From contig CAXBRX010000001.1 of the NCBI GenBank assembly GCA_963977835.1, positions 1 through 45,517 on the forward strand: a stretch of 45,517 nt of DNA. The letters run 5' to 3'. The notes under the pieces are model-generated. The model did not search any database and was not told where the DNA came from. It worked only from the letters and a program-made list of their open reading frames with translations. Positions 18,048 to 29,612 of the stretch are shown here, in pieces. The translations under genes and the position numbers were made by a program. Positions within the stretch are counted from its first letter, which is position 1, and each line of letters begins with the position of its first letter. The stretch is from an uncultured Derxia sp. GTDB lineage: Bacteria > Pseudomonadota > Gammaproteobacteria > Burkholderiales > Burkholderiaceae_E.

Positions 18048-19742
18048 ATGAACAATGCCGAACTCATCGCCATTCAACAGGAGCTCGTGAAAGAACACGG
18101 CCCGCGCGAATCGATGGAATACGATGTGGTCGTGGTCGGCGGTGGCCCCGGCGGCCTCGCCGCCGCCATCCGCCTCAAGCAGGTCAATCCGGACATCAAT
18201 GTCTGCGTGATCGAAAAAGGCTCGGAGCTCGGAGCCCACATCCTGTCGGGTGCGGTCATGGACCCGCGTGCGCTCGACGAACTCTTCCCCGACTGGAAAG
18301 AGCGCGGCGCGCCCTTGAATCAGGCCGTGACCGAAGACCGGTTCTTGTTCCTCAACGAAACCGGCAGCCATCATGTGCCGCATTGGATGCTGCCGGGCTG
18401 CTTCCAGAACCACGGCAATTACGTCATCAGCCTGGGCAATGTCGTGCGCTGGCTGGGCCAGCAGGCCGAAGCGCTCGGCGTCGAGATCTTCCCCGGCTTC
18501 GCCGCGGCCGAAGTGCTGTTCGACGAACAAGGCGCGGTCAAGGGCGTGGCCACCGGCAACATGGGCGTGGGCCGCGACGGCCAGCCCACGAGCGATTTCC
18601 AGGTCGGCATGGAATTGCATGCCAAGTACACCGTGTTTGCCGAAGGTGCGCGCGGCCATCTGGGCAAGCAGCTCATCGCGCGCTACCAGCTCGATGCGGG
18701 CCGCGATCCGCAAGTCCATGGCATCGGCATCAAGGAACTCTGGGAGATCGACCCGGCCAAGCATGTGCCGGGGCTGGTCATCCATACCGCGGGCTGGCCG
18801 CTCGCGAACGACACCTACGGCGGCTCTTTCCTGTACCACCTCGAAAACAATCAGGTCGCAGTCGGTTTCGTGATCGGCCTCGGTTATTCGAACCCGTATC
18901 TTTCGCCGTTCGACGAGTTCCAGCGCTACAAGACTCATCCGAGCATCCGCAGCTTCCTCGAAGGCGGCAAGCGCATTTCCTACGGCGCGCGCGCGCTGAC
19001 CGCGGGCGGCCTGCAAAGCCTGCCCAAATTCGTGTTTCCGGGCGGCGCGCTGGTCGGCTGCGACGCGGGCTTTCTCAATGCGAGCCGCATCAAGGGCAGC
19101 CATGCCGCGATCAAGACCGGCGTGCTGGCCGCCAATGCGATTGCCGAAGCGCTGACAGCCGGCCGCGCCCAGGACACGCTCGACGCCTACACCCAGGCGT
19201 TCGAAGGCTCGTGGCTGCACGACGAGCACAAGAAGGCCAAGAATTTCAAGCAATGGATGAGCAAGGGCTTGTATGCCGGCGCGCTCATGGTCGGCATCGA
19301 GCAGAAGGTCTTCGTCGACTGGTTCAAGACCGCCCCGCCCTGGACCCTGCACCACCGTTACGCCGACCACGAAGCGCTCAAACCCGCGGCGCAATGCCAG
19401 CCGATCGCCTATCCCAAGCCCGATGGCAAGCTCAGCTTCGACAAGCTTTCGTCGGTGTTCCTGAGCAGCACCAACCATGTCGAAAACCAGCCGGCCCACC
19501 TCACGCTCAAGGATGTGAACGTGCCGGTGACGGTCAATCTGGCCAAATACGCGGGGCCGGAGCAGCGCTATTGCCCGGCCGGCGTCTACGAATTCGTCAA
19601 GAATTCCGACAACACCGACCGGCTGCAGATCAATGCCCAGAACTGCGTGCATTGCAAGACCTGCGACATCAAGGACCCGACCCAGAACATCGTCTGGATC
19701 ACGCCTGAAGGCGGCGGCGGGCCCAACTACCCCAACATGTAG
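18048..19742 (+). CDS. Electron-transfer flavoprotein:ubiquinone oxidoreductase (ETF-QO)
   Basis: Start trimmed to MNNAELIAIQQ..., which follows GGAGA. YDVVVVGGGPGGLAAA is the FAD fold. The C-terminal CPAGVYEF...NCVHCKTCDIKDP...PEGGGGPNYPNM is the characteristic 4Fe-4S end of ETF-QO. Confidence 0.93.
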   Translation: MNNAELIAIQQELVKEHGPRESMEYDVVVVGGGPGGLAAAIRLKQVNPDINVCVIEKGSELGAHILSGAVMDPRALDELFPDWKERGAPLNQAVTEDRFLFLNETGSHHVPHWMLPGCFQNHGNYVISLGNVVRWLGQQAEALGVEIFPGFAAAEVLFDEQGAVKGVATGNMGVGRDGQPTSDFQVGMELHAKYTVFAEGARGHLGKQLIARYQLDAGRDPQVHGIGIKELWEIDPAKHVPGLVIHTAGWPLANDTYGGSFLYHLENNQVAVGFVIGLGYSNPYLSPFDEFQRYKTHPSIRSFLEGGKRISYGARALTAGGLQSLPKFVFPGGALVGCDAGFLNASRIKGSHAAIKTGVLAANAIAEALTAGRAQDTLDAYTQAFEGSWLHDEHKKAKNFKQWMSKGLYAGALMVGIEQKVFVDWFKTAPPWTLHHRYADHEALKPAAQCQPIAYPKPDGKLSFDKLSSVFLSSTNHVENQPAHLTLKDVNVPVTVNLAKYAGPEQRYCPAGVYEFVKNSDNTDRLQINAQNCVHCKTCDIKDPTQNIVWITPEGGGGPNYPNM

Positions 19743-19759
19743 GCCCCCTCAGCGGAAAA

Positions 19760-19788
19760 GCGCGCCTGTCTCGCAACAACAGGCGCGC
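19760..19788 (+). terminator. Strong GC-rich hairpin 18 nt after the ETF-QO stop (probable terminator; no T-tract on this strand)
   Basis: GCGCGCCTGT (19760..19769) and ACAGGCGCGC (19779..19788) are perfect reverse complements. The stem is 10 bp and the loop 9 nt. It is flanked by GGAAAA upstream and ACATTCC downstream. Confidence 0.5.
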
Positions 19789-19979
19789 ACATTCCCGGAT
19801 TTCCTATGCCGCGGCAGCGTCAAGCGGCGCACAATCTCATCAGCGATGTTCGCCGGCACGCCCACGGTCGGCGATCGGGTTGCGGTGCATCAATCGCCAC
19901 GATTGCCGCCTCCCTAGAATCGCAACGGCAGCATTGCCGGCGCTCATAACGATAACGTGGGCCGAGGAGAACACGTCGC

Positions 19980-20906
19980 ATGCTGTCCGCCTACATCACC
20001 CATACGGATTGCATCAAGCACGAGATGGGACCGCATCATCCCGAATGCCCCGAGCGTATCGGCGCCATCAACGATCATTTGCTGATCAAGGGCCTGCTCG
20101 ATTACATGCAGCACTTCGATGCGCCCCTGGCCACCGAAGCGCAGCTCGAGCGCGCGCATTCGGCGCTCTATGTGCAGGAACTGGCGGCGAAGTCGCCGGC
20201 TGAAGGCTATGCCCAGGTCGATCCCGACACCTGCATGAATGCGTACACCTATCGGGCCGCGTTGCGCTCGGCTGGTGCGGTGGTGCTGGCCACCGATCTG
20301 GTGCTCGGCGGCAAAGCCGCCACCGCTTTTTGCAATGTGCGCCCACCGGGCCACCATGCCGAACGCGCCGCCACGATGGGCTTTTGTTTTTTCAACAACA
20401 TCGCGGTCGGCATGCGCCACGCGCTCGATGTGCACGGCCTCGAACGGGTGGCGCTCATCGATTTCGATGTGCATCACGGCAACGGCAGCGAAGACATCTT
20501 CTGCGACGACGACCGGGTGCTCATGTGCTCGATCTTCGAGCGTGGCCTGTACCCGTTCTCGGGTGACGAACCGCGCGGCCCCAACATGATCAACGTCGGC
20601 CTGCCCGCGCGCTGCGGCGGCGACGTTTTCCGCAAGGCGGTCGAGGAGCGCTGGATGCCCGCGCTCGAATCCTTCCGCCCGCAAATGCTGTTCATTTCCG
20701 CCGGATTCGATGCCCATCGCGAGGACGACATGGGCAACCTCGGGTTCGTGGAAGCCGATTACGAGTGGGTCACCAAACGCCTGATGGCATTTGCCAATCA
20801 GCATTGCCAGGGTCGCGTGGTGTCCTGCCTTGAAGGCGGTTATGTGCTGAGCGCATTGGCGCGCAGCGCGGCCGCCCATGTGAAGGTCCTGATCGGCGCG
20901 GATTGA
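19980..20906 (+). CDS. Histone-deacetylase-family (class II-like, zinc-dependent) protein/polyamine deacetylase
   Basis: RPPGHHA (His-His dyad), DFDVHHGNG and SAGFDAH (zinc ligands) and EGGY (catalytic Tyr) are all present. GAGGAG lies upstream of the ATG. Confidence 0.9.
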   Translation: MLSAYITHTDCIKHEMGPHHPECPERIGAINDHLLIKGLLDYMQHFDAPLATEAQLERAHSALYVQELAAKSPAEGYAQVDPDTCMNAYTYRAALRSAGAVVLATDLVLGGKAATAFCNVRPPGHHAERAATMGFCFFNNIAVGMRHALDVHGLERVALIDFDVHHGNGSEDIFCDDDRVLMCSIFERGLYPFSGDEPRGPNMINVGLPARCGGDVFRKAVEERWMPALESFRPQMLFISAGFDAHREDDMGNLGFVEADYEWVTKRLMAFANQHCQGRVVSCLEGGYVLSALARSAAAHVKVLIGAD

Positions 20907-20949
20907 TCCCGCGCTGGTTTCAACTTACCGGGGCGGCACAACCGCCTGC

Positions 20950-23634
20950 ATGCACATGGATAAACACTATCTGACGCCGCTGTTCTCGCCCAAGTCGATC
21001 GTCGTGTTCGCCGGCAATCCGGACACGCCCGACGCGCAAAACGCGTTCGGACGCACGATCACGGCCATGCTCAAAGAGGACGGCTACGCCGGATCGGTGA
21101 CCTATCTCGACATCGCGATGAAAGGCACGTTGGCCGATCTGGCCCATGCGCGCGCCGACCTCGCGATCATCGCGCTGCCGCATGAGCAGATCGCGGCCGC
21201 GCTCGAAGTCGCGGGACGCATCCGGTGCCGGGCGGCGACCATCATCTCGTCTGGGCTCGATGCGAACGCCGCGTCGGAATTGCATGCCATCGCCAAGCAT
21301 CAAGGCATCCATCTGCTCGGCCCCAATTGCCTGGGCTTTCAACGCCCGGGCATCAAGCTCAATGCGAGCGTGGCCGCGCCGCTGACGGCCTCGGGGCCAC
21401 TCGCACTGGTTTCGCAATCGGGCGCCCTGACCGCTTCGATGCTCGACTGGGCCGCGCGCAACGCGGTCGGCTTCTCGACCGTCGTTTCGCTGGGCCGCAA
21501 CACCAGCGTCGACATTGCCCAGGTGCTCGACTTCCTCGCCGGCGATTCGACCACCCATAGCATCGTGGTCTACCTCGAAGGCATCCAGGACGCGCGCCGT
21601 TTCATGAGCGCCTTGCGCGCTGCGGCCATTTCCAAACCGGTCATCGTGCTCAAGGCGGGTCGCCAACCGGGCGGCACGCTGGCCGCGCTCACGCATTCGG
21701 GCGCCATCGTCGGCAGCGACGATGTGTTCGACTCGGCGCTGCGCCGTGCCGGCGCGGTGCGCGTGAATTCCTTCGTGCAATTGTTCTCGGCGGCGAAATG
21801 CCTGGCCTCGCGCTACCGGCCGGTCGGCAAACGCTTGTCCATCGTCACCAACGGCGGCGGGCCGGGCGTGCTGGCAGCGGATTGGGCCAATGCGATCGGC
21901 CTGAGTCTGGCGCGTTTGTCGACCAACACCACCGATGCGCTGCGCCCGCAATTGGCGACCGAGGCGACGCTCGAAAACCTGATCGATTTGTCGGAAGAAG
22001 CCACGCCCGAGCATTACGCCACCGCGCTCGCAGCGGCGGCCAACGACCCGAATGTCGATGGCATGCTGGCCATCTATTCGCCCAAGCTCGACATCCTCCC
22101 GTCCGATGTGGCGCAGGCGCTCGCCAAGATCAACCGCGATCTCGGCAAGCCTTTGCTGACTTGCTGGATGGGCGATCAGAAAGTCGTCGAAGCGCGCGGC
22201 ATCCTCAATGCCGCCTCGATCCCGACCTTCCGCACGCCCGAAGCCGCGGTCGATGCCTTCGGCAACATCGCGTCGTTCTACCAAAACCAGCAATTGCTGC
22301 AGCAGACGCCGCCGCCTTTGTCGCAACTCGGCGATCCCGATCTGGAAAGCGCGCGTCTGTTGATCGAAAGCGTGCTCGCCGAACGCCGCAAGGTGCTGAC
22401 CGAAATGGAATCGAAGGCGCTGTTGTCGGCCTTCCATATCCCGGTCACCAAGACCATCCTCGCGCGCAGTGCGAACGAGGCGATCATGATCGCCAATCAA
22501 CTCGGCTATCCGGTCGCGCTCAAGATCGACTCGCCCGACATCGCGCACAAGTCCGACGTCAACGGCGTGCTGCTCAATGTCGGCAACGGCACCGCGGTGC
22601 GCGATGCCTACAACGACATGATCCAGGCCGTGCGCCGGTTGCAGCCCAATGCGCGCATCAACGGCGTCACGATCCAGAACATGTCGGGCAAGAAGCGCGG
22701 CCGCGAGTTGTATGTGGGCCTCGTGACCGACAAGCCCTTCGGCCCTGTCATCACCTTCGGTGCCGGCGGCACGATGATCGAACTCATCGCCGACCGCGCG
22801 ATGGAATTGCCGCCGCTCAACCAATTCCTCGCGCACCGGCTCATCGAGCGCGTGCGCGTGGCGGAAACAATGGGGTCTTGGCGCGGGGCGCCGGCGGTCG
22901 ACATCCAGGCCGTCGAACACATCCTGCTGCGCGTCTCGGAAATGGTTTGCGAGCTGCCGCAACTGCGCGAGATGGACATCAACCCCATCATCGTCGACGA
23001 GAACGGCGCGCTGGCGGTCGATGCGCGCATCGTGATCGAACATGCCGAGGCGGGCGCCAAGGAATACGACCATCTGTCGATCCTGCCCTACCCTTCGCAT
23101 TACGAGCAGGAATGGCCGTTGCGTGGCGGCGGGCATTACGAAATCCGCCCGATCCGGCCCGACGACGCGAACATGCTGCAAACCTTCGTGCGCAGCCTCT
23201 CGCCCGAAAGCCGCTACTTCCGCTTCGTCTCATCCATCAGCGAATTGCCGGCGCGCATGTTGTCGCGCTACACCCTGATCGATTACGACCGCGAGATGGC
23301 GCTGGTCGCGGTCTATCGCGAGCGGGTCGCGGCGGGCGATGGCGAGTTCACCGAGACCGAACGCATCATCGGCGTGTCGCGCTACATCACCAACCCCGAC
23401 AGCACGAGCTGCGAGTTTTCGCTCGTAGTCGGGGAAGATTTCAAGGGTCAGGGCATCGGCTCGCGGCTGATGCTGTCGATCATGGATTTCGCGCGCAGCA
23501 AGGGCCTGAGCGAGATCGACGGTCTGGTGCTCACCCACAACGACAACATGCTCAAGCTGATGAAAAGCCTGGGCTTCGCGATCAAGTCTTACCCGGACGA
23601 TCCTGACTTCCGGCTGGTGACCAAGACGCTCTGA
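20950..23634 (+). CDS. pat: Pat-type protein acetyltransferase: NDP-forming acyl-CoA synthetase-like domains fused to a C-terminal GNAT domain
   Basis: 894 aa. The N-terminal CoA-binding/succinyl-CoA-synthetase-like region (SIVVFAG..., GPNCLGF, SQSGAL) is followed by an ATP-grasp region. The C-terminal GNAT has YEIRPIRPDDANMLQTF... and FKGQGIGSRL (acetyl-CoA site). The start could also be Met3 at 20956. Confidence 0.9.
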   Translation: MHMDKHYLTPLFSPKSIVVFAGNPDTPDAQNAFGRTITAMLKEDGYAGSVTYLDIAMKGTLADLAHARADLAIIALPHEQIAAALEVAGRIRCRAATIISSGLDANAASELHAIAKHQGIHLLGPNCLGFQRPGIKLNASVAAPLTASGPLALVSQSGALTASMLDWAARNAVGFSTVVSLGRNTSVDIAQVLDFLAGDSTTHSIVVYLEGIQDARRFMSALRAAAISKPVIVLKAGRQPGGTLAALTHSGAIVGSDDVFDSALRRAGAVRVNSFVQLFSAAKCLASRYRPVGKRLSIVTNGGGPGVLAADWANAIGLSLARLSTNTTDALRPQLATEATLENLIDLSEEATPEHYATALAAAANDPNVDGMLAIYSPKLDILPSDVAQALAKINRDLGKPLLTCWMGDQKVVEARGILNAASIPTFRTPEAAVDAFGNIASFYQNQQLLQQTPPPLSQLGDPDLESARLLIESVLAERRKVLTEMESKALLSAFHIPVTKTILARSANEAIMIANQLGYPVALKIDSPDIAHKSDVNGVLLNVGNGTAVRDAYNDMIQAVRRLQPNARINGVTIQNMSGKKRGRELYVGLVTDKPFGPVITFGAGGTMIELIADRAMELPPLNQFLAHRLIERVRVAETMGSWRGAPAVDIQAVEHILLRVSEMVCELPQLREMDINPIIVDENGALAVDARIVIEHAEAGAKEYDHLSILPYPSHYEQEWPLRGGGHYEIRPIRPDDANMLQTFVRSLSPESRYFRFVSSISELPARMLSRYTLIDYDREMALVAVYRERVAAGDGEFTETERIIGVSRYITNPDSTSCEFSLVVGEDFKGQGIGSRLMLSIMDFARSKGLSEIDGLVLTHNDNMLKLMKSLGFAIKSYPDDPDFRLVTKTL

Positions 23635-23659
23635 TGCGCCGCGGCTCCGGCCCGTGCGC

Positions 23660-24217
23660 TCAGCGCGGCTGCCGGCGCAGGTGGCGTTCGACCCAGTAGG
23701 CGCCGATGATGGTCTTGACGTCGGTGATCTCGCCGGCATCGATGGCGGCGATCACCGCCTCGAGCGGCATGGTCAGCACATCGAGAAATTCGCCCGCATC
23801 GAGCTGGCGCTCGCCGGCACTCAAGCCCGTGGCCAGATAGATCTCGATGTGTTCGTCGGAATAGCCGATCGCGTTGTGGATCGTGCCGAGAAAATGCCAG
23901 TCGCGCGCGGCGTAACCGGTCTCTTCGCGCAGCTCGCGCACCGCACACGCCAGATGATCTTCGTTCGGATCGATCTTGCCGGCGGGGAATTCGAGCAATG
24001 AACGGTGCAGCGGATAACGGAACTGCCGCTCGATGACCACCCGGCCGTCATCGAACATCGGCACCACCATGACGGCGCCCGGATGCACGATGTACTCGCG
24101 CATCGCTTCGGTCGCATCGGGCAAGGCGACGCGATCGCGCCGCACTTGCAAAAAGCCGCCTTGATAGACGACCGACGATTCGAGACAGCGCTCGTCGAGC
24201 CGGTCGTCGTCGCTCAT
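23660..24217 (-). CDS. NUDIX hydrolase (ADP-ribose pyrophosphatase-like)
   Basis: Start trimmed to MSDDDRLDE... It has a complete Nudix box, GKIDPNEDHLACAVRELREETGY (GX5EX7REUXEEXGU). The ATG is 4 nt downstream of the nuoN stop codon. Confidence 0.88.
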   Translation of the reverse strand: MSDDDRLDERCLESSVVYQGGFLQVRRDRVALPDATEAMREYIVHPGAVMVVPMFDDGRVVIERQFRYPLHRSLLEFPAGKIDPNEDHLACAVRELREETGYAARDWHFLGTIHNAIGYSDEHIEIYLATGLSAGERQLDAGEFLDVLTMPLEAVIAAIDAGEITDVKTIIGAYWVERHLRRQPR

Positions 24218-24221
24218 GGCG

Positions 24222-25700
24222 TCAGGCGGCGTGCAGGCTGACACGGATCGCCGCGATGCACAGTTGCAGCAGCAGATCGCCGAACAAGCCGAAGACGATG
24301 ATGAAGGCGCCGTTGAGCGCGAGGAAGGCACGCGCGTCCTGCGTGGACACGATGGGCGCCTGGTCGGTCGGCTCGTCGAAGTACATGACCTTGACCACGC
24401 GCAGGTAGTAGAACGCGCCGATCAGGGACAGCATGACCGCGATGATGGCGATCCAGAGATGGCCCGCATCGATGACCGAGCGCAGCACCGCCAGCTTGGC
24501 GTAGAAGCCCACGGTCGGCGGGATGCCGGCCAGCGAGAACATCAGCAGCAGCATGACGAAGGCCATCCAGGGCGAACGACGGTTCAGGCCCTTGAGGTCG
24601 GAGATCTGATCGCATTCGAAGCCCGAGCGCGCCAGCAGCATCATGATGCCGAAGGTGCCGAGCGTCGTGAACACATAGACCACCACGTAGAACATCGAGG
24701 CGCTGTAGGCATCGGTCGCGGCGTCGGGCTTGCCGACCACGACACCCGACATGAAGCCGAGCAGCACGAAGCCCATTTGCGCAATGGTCGAGTACGCGAG
24801 CATGCGCTTGAGATTGGTTTGGGCGATGGCCGTGATGTTGCCGATGATGAGCGACAGCACCGCGAGGATGGCGAACATCTGCTGCCAGTCGCCAGCCAGG
24901 GCGGGCACGCCTTGCACCAGCAGGCGCATCGTCATCGCAAACGCAGCCAGCTTGGGCGCACCGGCGATCAACAACGTGACCGCCGTCGGCGAGCCTTCGT
25001 AAACATCGGGCACCCACATGTGGAAAGGCACGGCGCCAAACTTGAAGCCGATACCGACCACCAGGAAGATGACCCCGAACACGAACACCTTGCTGCCATG
25101 CGCGGCGGAAGCTTCACGCGCAATGTCGGCGATTTCGAGGCTGCCGGTCGCGCCGTAGATCATCGACATGCCGTAGAGCAAGAAGCCCGAGGCGAGCGCA
25201 CCAAGCACGAAATACTTCATCGCCGCTTCGGTCGAAACCTTGGAATCGCGTTGCAGTGCCACCAGGGCGTACAACGACAGCGACAACAGTTCGAGCCCGA
25301 GATAGAGCACGAGCAGGTTGTTGCCCGAGATCATGATCATCTGGCCGAGCAGCGCGAACAGCGAAAGCACATACAGCTCGCCGCGCATGATCTGGCGGTC
25401 AGCCGCGTACTGGCGCGAATAGATGAGCGTGAGCGCCACGGCCAGGGCCGCGAAGGCCTTGAGCGCATAGGACATCGCATCGCCGACATACATGCCGCCG
25501 AAGCTGTAATGCGTCGCGCCGTCGATGAGCAATTGGACGCTCAGAGCGCCCGAACCGATCACGGCGATCAAGGCCCAGTAGAAGGTCACGACGCGCTTGG
25601 CGTCGGAGACGAACAGGTCGGCGATGAGAATCAAGCACGCCGCCCCGAGCAGAAACAGCTCGGGGTAGGCCGGGACCAGATTCAAGGAGTCGAGAGTCAT
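24222..25700 (-). CDS. nuoN: NADH-quinone oxidoreductase subunit N
   Basis: 492-aa polytopic antiporter-like subunit, last in the nuo gene order. The N-terminus is [18 protein letters not shown]. Confidence 0.95.
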   Translation of the reverse strand: MTLDSLNLVPAYPELFLLGAACLILIADLFVSDAKRVVTFYWALIAVIGSGALSVQLLIDGATHYSFGGMYVGDAMSYALKAFAALAVALTLIYSRQYAADRQIMRGELYVLSLFALLGQMIMISGNNLLVLYLGLELLSLSLYALVALQRDSKVSTEAAMKYFVLGALASGFLLYGMSMIYGATGSLEIADIAREASAAHGSKVFVFGVIFLVVGIGFKFGAVPFHMWVPDVYEGSPTAVTLLIAGAPKLAAFAMTMRLLVQGVPALAGDWQQMFAILAVLSLIIGNITAIAQTNLKRMLAYSTIAQMGFVLLGFMSGVVVGKPDAATDAYSASMFYVVVYVFTTLGTFGIMMLLARSGFECDQISDLKGLNRRSPWMAFVMLLLMFSLAGIPPTVGFYAKLAVLRSVIDAGHLWIAIIAVMLSLIGAFYYLRVVKVMYFDEPTDQAPIVSTQDARAFLALNGAFIIVFGLFGDLLLQLCIAAIRVSLHAA

Positions 25701-25717
25701 GGCTTATGCGCCCCGGA

Positions 25718-27199
25718 TCAGATTTTTGTCATGGCCACGTGGGCGAGCAGGTTCGTCACCGAGGCATGCATCACATCGGTGAAAGGCTTCGGATACAGGC
25801 CCATGAACAGCACCATCAAGGCAAGCAAGGCGAGCATCGTGAATTCGCGCGCGCCGATGTCCTTGAGGTCGCGCACATGGTCGTTGGCGATCTCGCCGAA
25901 CATCACACGCTTGTACATCCACAGCGAGTAGGCGGCGCCGAGGATCAGCGTGGTGGCGGCCAGCGCGCCGATCCAGAAATTGAATTGCACCGCACCCAGG
26001 ATGACCATGAACTCACCGACGAAACCCGAGGTGGCCGGCAGGCCCGAGTTGGCCATGGTGAACAGCATGAACAAGGCCGCGAACTTGGGCATGGTGTTGA
26101 CCACGCCGCCGTAATCGGCGATCTGGCGCGAATGCATGCGGTCGTAGAGCACGCCGATACAAGCGAACATCGCGCCCGAAACGAAGCCGTGCGAGACCAT
26201 CTGAACGATCGCGCCTTCGACGCCGAGCGGGTTGAACATGAAGAAGCCCAGGGTCACGAAACCCATGTGCGCGATCGAGCTGTAGGCCACCAGCTTTTTC
26301 ATGTCCTTTTGCACGAGCGCGACAAGGCCGATGTAGACCACCGCGATCAAGGACAGCGTGATCATGAAGTTGGCGAGGTAACGCGACGCATCGGGCACCA
26401 CCGGCAGCGACAGCCGCAGGAAGCCGTAGGCACCGAGCTTGAGCATGATCGCCGCCAGCACGATCGAACCGCCGGTCGGCGCTTCGACGTGGGCGTCAGG
26501 CAGCCAGGTATGTACCGGCCACATCGGCACCTTGACCGCGAACGCGAACAGGAAGGCGAGGAAGATCAGGATCTGCGCATCGAGCGGCAGCGGCAGCTTG
26601 TACCACTCGAGGATCTCGAAGCTGCCCGACTTGTTGTACAGATAAAGAATCGCGACCAGCGTCAACAGCGAGCCGAGCAAGGTGTAGAGGAAGAACTTGA
26701 AGGCCGCGTAGACGCGGTTCGGTCCGCCCCAGACGCCGATGATGATGTACATCGGGATCAGCGTGGCTTCGAAGAACACGTAGAACAGCAGACCGTCGAG
26801 CGCGCAGAACACGCCGATCATGAGGCCCGAGAGAATCAGGAAGGCCGCCATGTATTGCGCGACGCGCTCCTGGATCACTTCCCAACCGGCGATCACGACG
26901 ATCACCGTGATGAAGGCCGTCAGGATCACGAACCACAAGGACATGCCGTCGATCCCGAGGTGGTAATTGATCTTGTAGCTCGAGAACCAGGACACGTTCT
27001 CGGTCGCCTGCATGGTGGCGACGTCGGGAACGAAGTTGATCAGCAGCATGAGGCTGATGACGAAGCCTGCGATCGCGCCGACGAGCGAAAGCCCGCGCAC
27101 GATGCCGGCATGACGGTCCTCGCCCAGTGCGAGGATGATGAAGCCAAAAACGATCGGCACCCAGATCGCGAGGCTCAGCAACGGAATCGACGACTGCAT
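25718..27199 (-). CDS. nuoM: NADH-quinone oxidoreductase subunit M
   Basis: Start trimmed to MQSSIPLLSLAIWVPIVFG... 493-aa antiporter-like subunit lying between nuoL and nuoN. Confidence 0.95.
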   Translation of the reverse strand: MQSSIPLLSLAIWVPIVFGFIILALGEDRHAGIVRGLSLVGAIAGFVISLMLLINFVPDVATMQATENVSWFSSYKINYHLGIDGMSLWFVILTAFITVIVVIAGWEVIQERVAQYMAAFLILSGLMIGVFCALDGLLFYVFFEATLIPMYIIIGVWGGPNRVYAAFKFFLYTLLGSLLTLVAILYLYNKSGSFEILEWYKLPLPLDAQILIFLAFLFAFAVKVPMWPVHTWLPDAHVEAPTGGSIVLAAIMLKLGAYGFLRLSLPVVPDASRYLANFMITLSLIAVVYIGLVALVQKDMKKLVAYSSIAHMGFVTLGFFMFNPLGVEGAIVQMVSHGFVSGAMFACIGVLYDRMHSRQIADYGGVVNTMPKFAALFMLFTMANSGLPATSGFVGEFMVILGAVQFNFWIGALAATTLILGAAYSLWMYKRVMFGEIANDHVRDLKDIGAREFTMLALLALMVLFMGLYPKPFTDVMHASVTNLLAHVAMTKI

Positions 27200-27219
27200 G
27201 GAGTATCCCTGCCCGCTTG

Positions 27220-29241
<2,022 letters not shown>

Positions 29242-29254
29242 GGTCGTTGTTCCC

Positions 29255-29560
29255 TCACCCCTTGAGCTGGTCGAGGTCTTCGACGTTGATGGTATGCAGA
29301 TTGCGGAACAGCACGACGAGGATCGCAAGGCCGATCGCCGACTCGGCCGCAGCCACGGTCAGGATGAAGAACACGAACACCTGCCCCGCCAGATCGCCGC
29401 GGAAATGCGAGAACGCGACGAAGTTCATGTTGACGGCAAGCAGCATGAGCTCGATCGCCATCAGCAAGATGATGACGTTCTTGCGGTTCAAGAAGATGCC
29501 CACGACGCTGATCGCAAACAGGATCGCGCCGAGCACCAAGAAGTGCCAAAGTTGTAGCAC
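29255..29560 (-). CDS. nuoK: NADH-quinone oxidoreductase subunit K (GTG start)
   Basis: Start trimmed to a GTG giving (M)[29 protein letters not shown]..., the canonical NuoK N-terminus. AGGGAG lies 8 nt upstream. Length is 101 aa. Confidence 0.92.
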   Translation of the reverse strand: MLQLWHFLVLGAILFAISVVGIFLNRKNVIILLMAIELMLLAVNMNFVAFSHFRGDLAGQVFVFFILTVAAAESAIGLAILVVLFRNLHTINVEDLDQLKG

Positions 29561-29574
29561 GTTGCCCACTCCCT

Positions 29575-29598
29575 GAATCCCGGTGGTACCGGGGATTC
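29575..29598 (-). other. Intercistronic stem-loop between nuoJ and nuoK
   Basis: GAATCCCGG TGGTA CCGGGGATTC is an imperfect palindrome with a stem of about 9 bp and a one-base bulge. It lies immediately upstream of the nuoK SD on the minus-strand mRNA. Confidence 0.4.
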
Positions 29599-29612
29599 GT
29601 TCTCGTTGTTCG

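Noticed and set aside
19743-19979. The 237-nt ETF-QO / HDAC intergenic region and the overlapping small ORFs (19633..19917 and 19880..20203), considered as a possible small protein or sRNA locus.
   Set aside because: The small ORFs overlap flanking genes, have Arg/Pro/Ala-rich composition and lack ribosome-binding sites. Apart from the terminator-like hairpin at 19760..19788 I see no conserved-looking structure.
20920-23181. Very long ORFs antisense to well-recognised genes. Examples: 20920..23181 (753 aa, opposite pat), 35559..38102 (847 aa, opposite nuoC-E), 31948..34395 (815 aa, opposite nuoG), 41449..43587 (712 aa, opposite the S9 peptidase), 25706..27286 and 24216..25931 (opposite nuoM/N), 30260..32164, 18033..19652, 1543..2835 and 2675..3889.
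   Set aside because: Stop codons are rare in the antisense frames of high-GC DNA. These translations are Arg/Gly/Asp/His/Ala-rich low-complexity strings with no recognisable motifs, while the opposite strand encodes highly conserved proteins with intact catalytic motifs. I treat them as compositional artefacts.
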